From Octopus bimaculoides (lineage: Eukaryota), in the NCBI RefSeq assembly GCF_001194135.2, contig NC_068981.1, positions 126,164,191 to 126,228,190 of the forward strand: DNA of 64,000 nucleotides, in the 5' to 3' direction. The position numbers and the translations under genes are program-made. The notes below the pieces were generated by a model. The model searched no databases. It had not been told where the DNA came from and saw only the letters and a program-made list of their open reading frames with translations. This document shows, one piece after another, positions 63,091 through 64,000 of this stretch (the stretch's first letter is position 1; each line of letters opens with the position of its first letter).

Positions 63091-63143
<53 letters not shown>

Positions 63144-63516
63144 ATGTGTGTGTGTATGTATATATATTTACAGAAAAACAAAAGATGAAGACATGTGTAT
63201 AAAGAACAAGCAGGTGTATTAGTTTGATGCTCAGGAAGGTGAGGATGTCTTCTACGTTTCAAATATGTATATGAGAGGTATTGGTAACTAGGAGACCCAA
63301 AGAGTGGCAGGTAAACACTAAGTAAGTGCTAAAATATCCCAGAAACAGCTGTAAGACTATATATCTTTTTCATTATAAATGTCCTGAAAACTAATCACAG
63401 CCTTGGCTTTGTTATCTCATTTTGTCGAATACACACACATACATATATATATACATACTTATGTATATATCACAGTTGCATTCTCATTACACAACAAAAG
63501 CCATTGCCAAGAAGAC

Positions 63517-64000
63517 TTACTGAATTGATTCACCGTTGTTTCCATGTGATGCCCTTATATGACTTTTAAGTCCAGCCAAGCTTTTACACATTTTATTACA
63601 TACTAGACAACTGTGCTGGCTGGCAGGAGAAACAGGTATCACCATATGCACTCTCTTAACATGTCTTTTTAGACCTCCAACTGAGAGGCACACTCTTCTA
63701 CATTTTACACACGTTCTGTTATGAATTTTAATAGCCACAGCATTGTTTATCATGGGTCAATTTCTATGAGAATTTTGATGGCTCACCAGGCCTGCAGAAC
63801 TCAAACACCTCCTCCCACAAACCACACATGTAAAAAGCAACGCTCTCTCACTTTCCACAGGTTCCCCCCTTCTAAGCCCCTCTTAATTCTCTCATACTTC
63901 ACTCTCTCCCTCTCAAACCTTGAACAACCATCATGCACTATCTTCCTCCAGCCATCATGGTCTTGTGCCTCCCTCTACCAATTACTAGCTGCAATTCATG
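63517..64000 (-). mobile_element. C-terminus of a second RTE-type LINE family ending in three C2H2 zinc fingers (disrupted)
   Basis: Minus strand: 'W*REAQDHDGWRKIVHDGCSRFERERVK', then FTCVVCGRRCLSSAGLVSHQNSH-R-N-*-P, then CVKCRRVCLSVGGLKRHVKRVH and CLVCNKMCKSLAGLKSHIRASH; continues past the window edge. Confidence 0.8.

Overview
AT-rich, repeat-dense animal (metazoan) genomic DNA with many N gaps. The SINE families, RTE LINEs with (GAT)n tails and abundant (TA)/(CA)n microsatellites resemble a coleoid cephalopod (octopus-like) genome; this is inference from recalled repeat motifs, not a search. The only well-supported host-gene element is a CpG-enriched promoter with a putative first coding exon on + (6358-6490, 44 codons, strong GTAAGT donor). 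It is followed by what looks like a very long T-rich intronic region running to the window end; I could not identify the gene. That region contains several short AG...GT cassettes that look like microexons (unproven). It also holds many decayed mobile elements: RTE LINEs (APE+RT, with a PHD-like finger inside the RT), a Penelope-like RT/GIY-YIG element, CR1/Jockey-like LINE relics, a Tigger/pogo relic, hAT, mariner and piggyBac-type MITEs, and tRNA-derived SINEs. Most notable: (1) a ~342-bp tandem-plus-inverted repeat at 59071-59745 carrying a type I hammerhead ribozyme fold (retrozyme / non-autonomous Penelope-like element); (2) a fold-back element enclosing a tRNA-Thr(UGU)-like core (38364-38587); (3) the microexon-like cassettes; (4) several long inverted repeats that would give intronic dsRNA. 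Most ORFs in the supplied track are artefacts of microsatellites, N gaps or TE relics.
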